A program made the translations under genes and the position numbers. From positions 10,699,798 through 10,763,780 of the forward strand of contig NC_068982.1 in the NCBI RefSeq assembly GCF_001194135.2: a DNA stretch of 63,983 bases, written 5' to 3'. The DNA is from Octopus bimaculoides (taxonomy: Eukaryota). The notes under the pieces are model-generated. The model did not search any database, was not told the DNA's origin, and saw nothing but the letters and a program-made list of their open reading frames with translations. Positions 39,036 through 51,420 of this stretch are shown here, one piece after another (position 1 is the first letter of the stretch; the number at the start of each line of letters is the position of its first letter).

Positions 39036-39185
39036 ACATCGAAAAATAACTTAGGAATGAGAACTCAGGTTCGTATATTCCCCAAGACACCTGATGAAGG
39101 CTGGAGGATATATCAGCCGAAACGTTCTGTTAACAACAACAAGATTAGGACAAATATCCATTAAATGTAAATAATGTAAATAATC
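39036..39185 (+). mobile_element. Family F body with hammerhead motif
   Basis: Collinear with 4230-4415. Confidence 0.8.
39086..39131 (+). ncRNA. Minimal type-I hammerhead ribozyme motif (Penelope-type, palindromic ACGT stem III)
   Basis: GACAC-CTGATGA-A-GGCTG(GAGGATATAT)CAGCC-GAAA-CGT-T-CTGTT: intact CUGAUGA and GAAA cores and a 5-bp stem II. Confidence 0.7.
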
Positions 39186-39276
39186 TACGTAACTATATTT
39201 ATATTGACGAGGACGCCAAGAGTAGGCCTGCGCAGATTAAACAAAGTCTACATTTGTCATTCTCATACTTACATGT

Positions 39277-39319
<43 letters not shown>

Positions 39320-39332
<13 letters not shown>

Positions 39333-39670
39333 CCGTAAATTATCGGTTCGACAAGAAAGTCCAACTGAATAAGTCCAACTGAATAAGTACTAGGCTTACA
39401 AAGAAAAGTCCTGGGGTAGATTTCTTCGACTAAAGGTGGTGCTCCAGCAAGGCCACAGTCAAATGTCTGAAACAAGTAAAATAATGAAAGAAAGAATATA
39501 TGTATATACGACAGGCTTCTTTCAGTTTCCGTCTACCAAATCCAGTCAGAAGACTTTTGTCGGCTCTAGGCTATAGTAGAAGACACCTGCCCAAGGTTCC
39601 ATGCAGTGGGACTGAACTTGGGATCATGTGGTTGGTAAGCAAGCTGCTTACCACACAGTCACTACTGCGC
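39320..39670. mobile_element. SINE family B: body and tail on plus (39320-39490), core and head on minus (39510-39670)
   Basis: AAGTACTAGGCTTACAAAG..GGTGCTCCAGC..GAAACAAGTAAA followed by CTTCTTTCAGTTTCCGTCTACC...CTTACCACACAG. Confidence 0.82.
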
Positions 39671-39714
39671 ATATATGTATATATATATCTTTATGTATAC
39701 ATATATATTTTTAC

Positions 39715-40030
39715 TACCAGTTTCAGCTGGAGAGCTGCGATCATTCTGGGTCGTCACCACTAAACCTCCTCTGTTTTGTGGTATTTGATGAATGAGGCAG
39801 TTTGGAGTTGCTGCTTTCATCTGTGCTTCTCGTTGCAATGTAGGTTCGTCCCGAACTCTTGACAGGGGGAGATCCAGTTCTGTTTTGAAGACACTTACAT
39901 TCGTCCTATGTAGATCTCTCAGGCTTTATGGTAGGTTATTGAAGGTGTGGGCCCTTAAAACCCAAGCTGTTGCAGTATCTCGTCCTGTATGGTGAGGGCA
40001 ACGTTGGAAATTTAGGGAGTATGCAATGTT
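39715..40030 (-). mobile_element. CR1-like LINE 3' end
   Basis: RTRYCNSLGFKGP..FNNLP..LRDLH...VSVFKTELD..LSRV.DEP signature. Confidence 0.75.
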
Positions 40031-40166
40031 ACCCCATTCTACTCTTTATGTAACTTACAATGTCAAAGTTAGGTGCAAATTCTAGAATTTTCTAGATGTA
40101 TATCTTTCCCGCCTTCGTTCTAGGGAGTAGTGTCTTAGCTTTTTCTTTTTCTCTCTCCCATATTTA

Positions 40167-40214
<48 letters not shown>

Positions 40215-40219
<5 letters not shown>

Positions 40220-40520
40220 GGGTGATGATGCTGGTGGTACGTAAAAAATACCCTTCGAACGTTGGGCGATATGGCTGAGAAGACCTGTGAAGCCAAATGA
40301 GATCGTAATCGTGGCTGATGCCGGTGTTTCGTAACTAGTACCCGTACCGGTGGCATGTTCAAAACAACCACTACACTTTTCGAGTGGTTGGCGTTAGGAA
40401 GCGCATCCAGCTGTAGAAGCCATACCAAATTAGATTGGAACCTGGTGCAGTTCCAAGCTTACAAGTTTTCAGTAAAAGCGTCCAACCCATGCCAGCAGGG
40501 AAAACGGACTTAAAGGATGA
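40215..40520 (+). mobile_element. RTE-type 3' tail element ending in (GAT)n
   Basis: GTGGTTGGCGTTAGGAAG.GCATCCAGCTGTAGAA...GTCCAACCCATGCCAGCA..GAAAACGGAC; reverse of 57960-58172. Confidence 0.8.
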
Positions 40521-40534
40521 TGATGATGACAATA

Positions 40535-40582
<48 letters not shown>

Positions 40583-40583
40583 G

Positions 40584-40619
<36 letters not shown>

Positions 40620-40798
40620 GCATATATAATCTCCCATCTTCCAACTTACACACACAGAGCATTGGTCAGCCAATGTTAAAAGAATTTAGACCCACGACAT
40701 TATGCAGGAAACATTTTAACCCAATAAGCCATTCCTTTCAACATAGTGTTGTGAAATGACTCTGATGTAATAACCCAACAAAAGAAGAACAAAACTAC

Positions 40799-41995
40799 TG
40801 TTACGAACGCCCGCACACGAAGCACCTCAACGAAGTCAAAAACTCACGCGCGCGAACGTGGACGCTCAGTGAGTCGGGATTTTCGCCACGACTAAGCCCA
40901 GCCGGAGCACGTAACGATGACAACAGGCAAGGAAGAAATAACACAGACCATACGTTGCGTAGTGAAGCTAACTTTTTTTTCTTAGCAAAACAATACATCA
41001 TCAATACAAAACGTTGCATAACAATAATTCTGAAATAACACATGTAGCAATAGCGCATGCAACAACAGTCTCCAAGCATTTAACATAATCAAAGTTTACA
41101 ATCAAAGTTCGTATATCAAGTCAATTAAAAGTTCTTTTACTTCTTTGTTTTTTTCTTGTTTGAACAACATATAACAACAAAGTTCTCTCTTTTCTTTTCA
41201 ACCATTTAACAAGAGTTAGCAAAGTTCTTTCTTTTCTTTCTTTTCAACCAGTTAATATCACAATTAACAAGAGTTAACACAGTTCTTTGCAAAAACATAT
41301 AACAACGCAAGTACACTTTTCTTTAAAGAAATATACACAAACGTTTACTACAAGAATTTCCTTTCCTTCAAATATCTCACTACAATCACAAGAAGTGACC
41401 AACGTAGTCTTACTACAATCTTGTGCCTGCCACAACAGTTCCATATCTCTGTCCCTCTCTTTCTCAGACTATCCATTTCTGCTGACTGGCACCTTCTGAC
41501 CATAGCCTCTCTCTCTCTTAGCCTCTTTCTGTCAGACTCTCTGTTTATCTTGGTTCTCTTAACTCACTGCTGGCCGTCACACACTTGTTCTTCACTGGCT
41601 GACCGCTGGTACATCGACTGCTCTGTCCATCTGGCTGTTGTGTTTACATCAACTCCGTTTACAGCAACTGCGATCCATCTTCATTCGCTGACCGCTTCCA
41701 CCAACTGCTGACGCCAACTGCTCGATACCAACTATCCTGCCGTATTTATGACGAATACCGAAGCCAACAGTCCTACGTTACCCCCCAGCTGGGCCAGTTT
41801 AGTACAGTTCCTAACTTGTTTTTCTAAACTTTCGGTGAACGGAAAGGGTCAGCGAATACACTCCTACGCTATAAATAGCTGTGCTTGTTGACAGGACAAA
41901 AGAAATACCATTATCCTCAACAACCATAATACGGTTTCAAACCCAACTCGGGGAATAGGGACATAACGTTATTTTGTTTTTCGCTGGTTGCATCA
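40799..41995 (-). mobile_element. Solo LTR, 1197 bp, TG...CA termini, 4-bp TSD CTAC (Gypsy-like)
   Basis: CTAC|TGTTACG at 40795-40805 and TTGCATCA|CTAC at 41988-41999; no internal ORF. Strand inferred from a TATA-like CATAAATA on minus. Confidence 0.75.
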
Positions 41996-43803
41996 CTACA
42001 ATCCCTGTTATTTTCAAGTGTTCCATTATGACATTCATCTACAAATGTCTCCAACATATACTGCATTACTCTGATCTAAAATTTTATTTTATAACTGTCT
42101 TTTTTCTAAATTTCTCCTTTATACAACCGATAGATATTTCAACGTGAAAATACTCAAACTTACTTGGTATTTTTTAAAATTTCCCGCCTTTCGAGCGGAT
42201 TACTGTTTTCTTTATCAATACAACTAGTAAAAACATTACTTTTATTTTCAATCTAACCTCATTGATTGTTTCTGTTATTGTCTTTTATGCTTCTACTTGA
42301 TTGTAAACATGTTATTATGCAAGTAACCTAGAAATGGTTTTCATTTCAACGGTAATATATTTGTGAAATTTAATATCAGTTTCATAAAATATGCATAGCG
42401 GCTCCATTACTTCTAAACAGGTTACTCGCTGGAAACATTAATCTTGTACATTTTGATAAGCATAGGTATTAGCTCAGAAAAATGAAACTTGATCAAAAGA
42501 ACATTAATTAATTTGGTTCTCGCTATGAATTATTATTGATCAAAATACGAACTTGAAGTATTGTATCAAACGACAGGCACAGATTCTTTTAACATTTGTT
42601 AGTTAACGGTTTAACAGCACATTTTGTAATAAATATCACCAGATATTCAAATAAATAACAAAGAGTAGAAAAGGCGTCTGCACGTTATGGTAAACGTGAT
42701 AAAAATATCTGGAAGGGATATGAAACTGTGACCAAAGTCTCTCCATACATGATTTTATGTAAAGTAGTTGTCGGGTGTGTTTAATTGAACCGACAATTTC
42801 AAACCAAAATTGTTTTATTTTCGAAAATTAATCTTCACCGATAATAAACACCAGCACAAATTGTGGTTAATATTCATTTCTCCATGTTTAATTAATTAAT
42901 TCCGTTGGTATTAGAATCAATGTTTCGTCATATTAATGTTAAATATGGATTGCGCTTTATAAAATATTCCTTTGATTACTGATCGTTAGGAAACATGGCA
43001 TATGCGTCGAGAATTACAAGATCACAGGTGTTAGATGACAAAAGCCTTTGATACTAACAATTAAATAACTAATTAGAGTGCGGTTAGATTTTCCCGGGAA
43101 ACAGTGAGTCTTTAAATATATACTATGTCTACGCGCGCGCAAATATACTAATACCAAAATATGTATGTGTGTGTATGTATGTGTGCGGATATATATGCAT
43201 ATGTATACATATGTATGTGTGTATNNNNNNNNNNNNNNNNNNNNNNNNNNNNNNNNNNNNNNNNNNNNNNNNNNNNNNNNNNNNNNNNNNNNNNNNNNNN
43301 NNNNNNNNNNNNNNNNNNNNNNNNNNNNNNNNNNNNNNNNNNNNNNNNNNNNNNNNNNNNNNNNNNNNNNNNNNNNNNNNNNNNNNNNNNNNNNNNNNNN
43401 NNNNNNNNNNNNNNNNNNNNNNNNNNNNNNNNNNNNNNNNNNNNNNNNNNNNNNNNNNNNNNNNNNNNNNNNNNNNNNNNNNNNNNNNNNNNNNNNNNNN
43501 NNNNNNNNNNNNNNNNNNNNNNNNNNNNNNNNNNNNNNNNNNNNNNNNNNNNNNNNNNNNNNNNNNNNNNNNNNNNNNNNNNNNNNNNNNNNNNNNNNNN
43601 NNNNNNNNNNNNNNNNNNNNNNNNNNNNNNNNNNNNNNNNNNNNNNNNNNNNNNNNNNNNNNNNNNNNNNNNNNNNNNNNNNNNNNNNNNNNNNNNNNNN
43701 NNNNNNNNNNNNNNNNNNNNNNNNNNNNNNNNNNNNNNNNNNNNNNNNNNNNNNNNNNNNNNNNNNNNNNNNNNNNNNNNNNNNNNNNNNNNNNNNNNNN
43801 NNN

Positions 43804-43847
<44 letters not shown>

Positions 43848-43851
<4 letters not shown>

Positions 43852-44245
43852 AGCCTTTGCTGTGGTAATATCTATAGAAAAGACTAAGAGTAGCGACGTC
43901 ATGTCGAAGTGACAAGAGTTGCAGGTTTGAAGCAAGAGAGGGACCAATCAAGTTAGGAATTCACTTCTGAACCCGGTTGAGGAAATCAAAGACACATGAC
44001 CGTGCACTTGCCCAAATATGGCTACAGTATTCCATACAAGGACAAACTGTGGAAATGTAAAGTTAAGAAATGGCTTCAGATGTATGGAAGTCCTTTAACT
44101 TATACAGTGACGTAACCTTACTGGAAGCAGCCCTATCATTTGATTGTATGTAAGAGGCCCAAGAAAGATCAGATGAGAATATAAGGCTGAGGAATGTCAC
44201 AATACACATTTGTTTTCCCATGTGATTTAACTGTTTCAGCATGTT
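43848..44245 (-). mobile_element. CR1/L2-group LINE RT C-terminal relic
   Basis: FSSDLSW..YI...LY...VCPCMEYCSHIW....LNRVQK*I.NLIGPSLASNLQLLSLRHDVATLSLFYRYYH. Confidence 0.85.
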
Positions 44246-44259
44246 CTACCTCAGACCTA

Positions 44260-44587
44260 TATAGGAGCACTCCGTCGATTACGACGACGAGGATCCCAGC
44301 TGATACGATCAACGGAACAGCTTGCTCGTGAAATTAACGTGCAAGTGGCTGAGCGCTCCACGGACACGTGTACACTTAATGTAGTTCTGTGGGATGTTCA
44401 ACGTGATACAAAGTGTGACAGGGCCGACCCTTTGAAATACAGGCACTACTCATTTTTGCCAGCTGAGTGGGTTGAAGCAACGTGAAATAAACTGTCTTGC
44501 TCGAGGACACATCCCGTCGCCGGGAATTGAACTCACGACCTTAGGATCGTGAGTCGAATGCCCAAACCACTAAGCCACGCGCCTTCA
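44260..44587 (-). mobile_element. Full-length tRNA-derived SINE (third family) with a 14-bp TSD
   Basis: Head GTGAAGGCGCGTGGCTTAGTGG..GAGTTCAATTCC; TSD CTACCTCAGACCTA at 44246-44259 and 44588-44601. Confidence 0.92.
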
Positions 44588-46734
44588 CTACCTCAGACCT
44601 ACAATATAAATGAAAGGAAGACAGAGGTCCCGCTTTCTACTAAAGCCGACTGAAGGGAGGCGCAGAATTTACCATAATACAATAAGCTTGAACTCCACTT
44701 ATAAAATTGCAATTGTAAAGATGGATCTCCAGCTTATCGTTTTATGCTGTCATTGAAGGTAAACGCAACATGATGGCTGTCTACATTCATGTCTGGACAT
44801 TTTTACAAAGGGTGTCAAAAAATTACAGGCTGTACCGAACCGGCAGGTAAATGAACACCGGTAAAGTATTTATTCCTAAAATATTGCTTTAAAACATTAA
44901 TTACTTGTAAGAAATAAGTACTATACAATATCTTTGATTTTGTAATTAGGGGTGAAGGCGCATTTTTGCTCGAAATCGAATCCAGGAGTCTGCTGGAGGA
45001 TGGTAGGGGTTCCCTCCCTTGCGTCCAATATATACGGAGTGTAGGCTGGGGTTAAAACAGTAGTAACATCGAACAGCAATATTGTCAGTATAGTTACTAC
45101 TCTCATCCCTTATTGACATTTTCTAACTGGATACTTTGCTTGCTTTATATATATNNNNNNNNNNNNNNNNNNNNNNNNNNNNNNNNNNNNNNNNNNNNNN
45201 NNNNNNNNNNNNNNNNNNNNNNNNNNNNNNNNNNNNNNNNNNNNNNNTATATATATATATATATATATCACGCTGTAATTCAAAAAATTAACCAAAAATA
45301 TAACATCATGATTTTATGCACAACATTTATATTGTCTACATGTTTGTAACGCAATATGTTGAAAATATTTCCCCACTTGAACTAGATTTCTATGCGATTC
45401 AATATATGCTGATTGACTATTTAATAATATTCATATAAGTGTCATACATCCGAAGCTGGCAAATATTTGCATACGTTATTGATTTTTTGAACGAGTTAAG
45501 CTATATTGAATTTAATCTTCACCAAAAGCCTGATGTAGTACATTAAAAATAAATGAATTAAAGCATCTATTTGAATATTGGACTGTGTTGGCTACCCATG
45601 GGGATTAGAGGCGAAGTTTGTATCCAGAGTAAAATAGACAGCCAAATGCTACAAAAACTTTCGTCAGACTTTATATGATTTCTACAAATCAATTGATTTT
45701 GTTTGGTATATATTTATTACAAAAACTAGAAACATTAACAATTTTGAGCAAGAGAACTATAACGTAGACGGTTGCTGCATTTTGCTGGGTATTTCTAAAC
45801 AAAATGGTAAAATTAATTTCAGGAAAATTTGAAGGGCAAGAGAACTGGTTGAATAAAATATTTTAATAAATATTGTTTGGCTTCATTGAATGAAAATTTA
45901 CGCTAATGTTTCTTCTTTTCCATTAAATGTCGTACAACCAACTGATTTTAGTTTTTGGTATATATATTTATACAATTGTTCAACAAAGTGCTGCAGAAAA
46001 TGTAGCAACAGATATTATTTATGAAATCATGTAGCAGGTGTCCAGTTTTGAAAGGAAATATCAATAGAGATAACGGAAATTCACTATGCAGTTACGTAGA
46101 TTATTTAAAAGAAATTCTTTGATGTTTCAAAGTGATAAATACAGCTGTTGATTGATAATACTGAATGCTTGATGCTTGCAGCCACTGTCTCGAGTGATCG
46201 TAGTTCATGAAAGTAGTTTGAAACAATGCGTTGAGCGAATGCAAGTGATCGATAATATACACATTTTCACAGGATTTAATATTTCAAAATCCCATCACTA
46301 TATCGACTGCGGGAACTTGTCAAACACAACTCTGATGATGATGATAGAATGTTCAAAGCTCCAGTAATATTATTTAAATCTAGACTCCTTTTAACGTTTG
46401 TTTCTATCTGAATTGGTTGATAAGTGCTTGATTTGTACGTGTATTTATATACGGGTATGCATGTGGGTAAACCTGCACTTAAAGCTTAGTTTGCGTGTCA
46501 CTGCAGCACACATAATTGTTCATTTGAGTGTGTATTCTAAATGTATGATTGTGTGTTTGTGTGATTGTGTGTGATTGTATGATTCTGCGTATGCATTCAG
46601 TGCCGAAACCTTCACTTCAAAATCGCTTGAAAGTTTTACAAATTGTCACTGTACCTCTTATAGATTTCGCTTTGACAATATGATTCATCTTGCTCTGATC
46701 TTTTTGGAAAGCTCAACATTTTAAGATTTATACA

Positions 46735-46787
46735 TAGATTTGTTGTTGCCAGGCCAATATTCTTATGGCCTGGCAACAACAAATCTA
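46735..46787. other. Perfect 22-bp stem, 9-nt loop palindrome
   Basis: TAGATTTGTTGTTGCCAGGCCA-ATATTCTTA-TGGCCTGGCAACAACAAATCTA. Confidence 0.95.
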
Positions 46788-46849
46788 AAAAATAATAATT
46801 AATATAAGAGTTGAAAATTAGAGGTGCAGATTTCCCATTATTTCTTCAT

Positions 46850-48180
46850 AAATGTTCTCGTTTGCCCCTATTTTCAATGGGACATTCACAGCAGTGCATG
46901 ACTTTTACTTACTCGCCCACACAGCAATAGTCAGCTTGTTAAGTTTTCATTGGGTTGGTGTTTTTATTGCATTGTTCCTCTAGCATTCGTTATCTTTAAA
47001 GATGTGGGTAATTTCGCGTTCGTTCTGTTGTGCTTTTGGTTTGGTTGTGACAAAAATTGATCTTCTATATTCGCGTTGAAGACGGTTTTAACAATACCGT
47101 GTCTCATGAAAACGTAGAACGGCTTATCATACGAATGATATTTTCCCCACTAATATGGCGCATTGATATGTTCTGTCACAAGGGGACAGTCTCCAAAATT
47201 CTTTGTGTCTCTTGTTTATCAGATATTTAGTAGTATATAGGTCATATCTATGCCAGGATTAGCAGTATATAGATCCATCACACGAACGTCTGGAAGTGGC
47301 TTCAATTCTTTTTTCTTTTTTGGTGATCTGACATTTAGTTGCAGCTTCTTGTTCTCGGATAGTAATGGCATAATCTTCTATGCGAAATGTGAAGCTTTTA
47401 TCTCAGTTCGAGGAGAGGTTAGTGTTTCTGTCAATTCCGTTAACATTCTGTGGCTTGTGACTGTGTACCCACAGAGAGCTTTTTGCTGGCCTGATGTGTA
47501 TTCTCTCTCCAATTCTCTGTTTCAGTAGGCCAGTTCAGCCCACCATTTGGTTTACACGGAACGGTCTGCCCTTAGCGTTCCTCTTTATGAATTTTTCACT
47601 TATCCTCAGAATGACTTCACCGTTGAGAATACACAGTATGTATTTATTCCTTTAACTGTGTAGTAAGTATTGTCTAAGTAATACGATGCGGTACACATAG
47701 GCGATCTGGACTGATTTTATGTATCTGATTCGTCCCTCTCTTTAATATAGATCCTGTCAGCGTCACTGCTGATGTGGAAATTACCAATCGTTGTTACTAT
47801 CTTCTTCGCTCTGATTTCCATGCTGCGGCTTAGGTATTTCTTCAAATGTCCAATCAAGTATCCCAAGTATTGATAATAGAAAAGGCACTTCGAAAGTATT
47901 TGGGGAAACGTTTTCATTGAATGCAAACAGTTTCGATTCCCATATTTTCCAAAGTATTCTGAAGTATTCCTTTGTCATTCTCGCTTTACAAACAGTACCA
48001 ATATATGCAACAATATTGCCGATTCCTAGTATTTGTAACACTTAACACTGATGAAAGTGGAGTTAGACAGACCACCGTTATCCATATTCCTTACCTAGCC
48101 GAAAATCCTTCCCCGGCCAACGCCATTCTTACGTTTCAAGAGAATGTTTGCCCAGTTCTAAGCGTATCCTTGGTTTCATA
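46850..48180 (-). mobile_element. R4-clade LINE, heavily decayed (RT C-terminus to REL)
   Basis: KEYFRILWKIWESKL..N.F.VP.LL..LGILDWT.EEI; GNFHISSDADRIYI; YAITIREQE.ATK; MRHGIVKTVFNA. Confidence 0.8.
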
Positions 48181-48197
48181 AATATTATTTCAACACG

Positions 48198-48310
48198 AGG
48201 CAGTGAGCTGGCAGAATCGTAAGCTCTCCGGGAAAAATGCTTAGCGGCCTTTTGTCCGTGTTACGTTCTGAGTTCAAATTCCGCTGAGGTCGAATTTGCC
48301 TTTGGAGGCG
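48198..48310 (+). mobile_element. SINE family A 5' half
   Basis: GAGCTGGCAGAATCG..GAGTTCAAATTCCGCTGAGGTCG. Confidence 0.8.
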
Positions 48311-49749
48311 GGGAGGGGGGGGGATTTATAAAATAAGTAAAAGCTGTGCATTCCAGATCGCTCCCTAAATTTTCAAGATTATTCTAGGCGGGAACTTCAT
48401 TAAAAACTTTCATTGAGTGGTAACTTACTGCTTGTAGTTTCAGTGCAAACATGCGATTGACAGCCAAGCGTTCTAGTAATATTTCCAATAACGAATATGT
48501 TCATTTACTGCACGCAGTTCATGTTTAAGAGCAATTAGCTGGCTTGTTAATTCCCCTTTTCAACAGATACCCTCGACCTTAGATAATCTATAAGAAAATC
48601 ACAGCAAGTAGTTAGTGAATTTATAATTCACTTCGCCCCTAATGATAGAATTTAATTGTTCATTACTTTTCCTGTGTCCGACAATATTTGTCTGAGGCCG
48701 GCATCATATTTATATTTGCTCTCGTTTTGATCATCTCTGTTACACCCATTTGTTGATGAATAGTAATCGCAGCACCATGTAGTACAGCATTCAATGTCTA
48801 AAAGCTGGGATTTTTAGCATCTGCAAGTGGTTCCTTAGCTACTTGGTACATTCGAATACCATCAGGTCAGTAGGTTTTTCTATCGATCGATTTCTATAGC
48901 AACTGTTCTTCCACGTAATTGTTCATTCACGCAGATGTTGAAGTTTTGTTTGAATTTCGGTGTTAAGTGTATATTCAATGGTTTGTGTTATTCACTCTTT
49001 ACAACTGTTTGTTCACAATTTGTTACGGCTCGTCTGTGTAATGACAACCTGTTTGTTTCATTGCTATAGTTGTTATCGTACCAGGTGTATTCCGTATTGT
49101 TTATAGTCTTCTCGGTAGAATTCAGTGGCATGGTCTAACTGTTCTTTGATTGCTTGTTGACATAACTGTTTGGCCCTGAAGTGGGAATAGTTGGGGCAAT
49201 TTGGATGGCAGCACTCTTCGTGATTTTCATGTAACAATCCGAGAAAATTTCCCTAGCCTTTTCTTGGAATTGACAGCGATCTTGGTTCAATAGAAAGGTC
49301 CTTTGTCACTTCTCTTGGTAGTTCCGCGACCTACGATAGCTGACCCCAGTCTCCTCTCCATCGTTTGTGCATCCCACGTTTTCAGCTTCCGTTCATTTTC
49401 ACTTCGTGGTTACATTTACAATCAACAATATAAAATGTGCTTCTTTGCATTTATCTAGAGAAGATAATCAGTTTTTAACACGCTTGTATCAATAGCAAAC
49501 GTTGTAGGGGACAATATTCATTACAGAAAGATGAATTATCCTCTCATGCTAGCATGACTGATTTCCCCAACATATGTATGTTTGTATGTATGTATGTATG
49601 TATGTATGTTTGTATGTATGTATGTATGTATGTATGTATGTCACTTCTGTATTTAATCGTTTAAATTCTTCCTCTAAAGAAGGAGCTGGTTTCTAACAGA
49701 GATGCAAATCTCCACTTTTGGAATGTAGGTAACGAAAACAATATCACAA

Positions 49750-50950
49750 TTTAAACCTGAGAATAGTTTTGCATAGTTTTAGTTCCGCTTAGAGATTGTA
49801 TTTCTAATACACGAATCAGCTGGTTGATTTCTTTTTCTGAAAATCCAAGCTTGTCTAGAAAGACAGTAAGGTATTTACTTACAAAACCAAGTGTAACACT
49901 TTTTGTTGATACAAATGATATTGAAGCAGGAAGTTTCAAAGCAGGTGCCCATAATAATCTTCTTTCTCTTTGATTTTCAAGAAGATATTCACATCAGCAG
50001 GACAGCTGACCTCTGTGACGGTACATACTTTTTCTTGTCGGTCCTAAACAATATCAGGCCTGTTATGCTTACACTTGTTTGATGTTCTGATGGGAAGGTT
50101 CCACCAATATTCTCTGTGTACATATTCAATGACAAGAGGATTGTCAATATTTATTCCAGGACAGTCTTTTTTTCCGAATGACATTGTATATTGTTTTTGC
50201 GACAACGTCATACCGCATAGGGAGGTATTAATTTGAGGATAATTTTGGACAGCTCCTAATCACATGTGTGATGTCTTCCACAGAAATATGACATAATCTA
50301 CGTTTACGGTGCATCTTGTAATTCCAGGGGCTTCACTGTCTCTTTTGTTGATTAGGTATTTTGTAGCAATCTTCTATTCTTGGATTGCAAATGCATAGCG
50401 TTCGAAGTGTGATGTTATGTAACGGTCACGAGTCCAAGCGAGACTTTGCTTCATGTCAATGTTACTATCTTCTTCAATTCTACGAGAAACACACCCATGC
50501 ATAGTCTTTTTTTTTTTGGCGGGGGGATGCTGAGCATTTCACCGCTAGCTGTTCTTTGAGGTATGCTAGTTCAGCTGCATTGGGGTTGTATGGGAAATCA
50601 TCAGGAAGAGAGTACTCCTAAGGAGCTCACTTCCAACACGTAGGATATTGTTTTCTTCACTTTTCAGCATTAAGTTAATGTATTTAATTTTGCTGCTGTT
50701 GTCTACCAAGTGTTGTCTGAGAAAGATTATGTGACATTCAAAGGCTGTCGTCTGCACTGATCTCAAGCCCCTACCTCCTTTATCTCTTCTTAGCTGGAGC
50801 CTGTCAATATCACTATTTTTGTGGAGATTTCCAGTTGATGTCAGAATCTTGTGGATTTTAATGACAATGGGGTGGATTTCTTCCACAGACCAGTCAAGTG
50901 TCCCAAATGCTGGAATCAGCATTAGCAATTCAAATGCATTGTGGGATATT
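49750..50950 (-). mobile_element. R4-clade LINE 3' fragment of about 1.2 kb with CCHC and REL domain
   Basis: GTLDWSVEEI..TGNLHKNSDIDRL..RDKGGRGL; SHFERYAFAIQE*EIATKYL; LCH..EDITHVI.SCPKL; YWWNLPI..KHNRPDIV..VTEVSCPAD. Confidence 0.92.
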
Positions 50951-51023
50951 GTCTTGTAAAAAGGGATTTAGAATTGCCATATTTTTCTTAGACTGATGTA
51001 TCTATGGATGCATGTATGTATGT

Positions 51024-51188
51024 AGGTAGGTAGGTAGGTAGGTAGGTAGGTAGGTAGGTAGGTAGGTGGGTAGGTAGGTAGGTAGGTAGGTAGGTAGGTG
51101 GGTGGGTAGGTAGGTAGGTAGGTAGGTGGGTAGGTAGGTAGGTAGGTAGGTAGGTAGGTAGGTAGGTGGGTGGGTAGGTAGGTAGGTA
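51024..51188. repeat. (GGTA)n microsatellite with GGTG variants
   Basis: Direct inspection. Confidence 0.97.
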
Positions 51189-51201
51189 ATATTTCTCACT
51201 T

Positions 51202-51420
51202 AGGGCAGCAAGCTGGTAGAATCGTTAACACGCCGGGCGAAATGCTTAGCGGTATTTCGTCTGCCGTTACGTTCTGAGTTCAAATCCCGCCGAGGTCGAC
51301 TTTGCCTTTCATCCTTTCGGGGTCGATTAAATAGGTACCAGTTTATGCACTGGTGTCGATGTAAACGACTTAATCCTTTTGTCTGTCTTTGTGTGTCCCC
51401 TGTGGACAATAAATAAATAA
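51202..51420 (+). mobile_element. SINE family A, full length
   Basis: Near-consensus copy. Confidence 0.88.
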
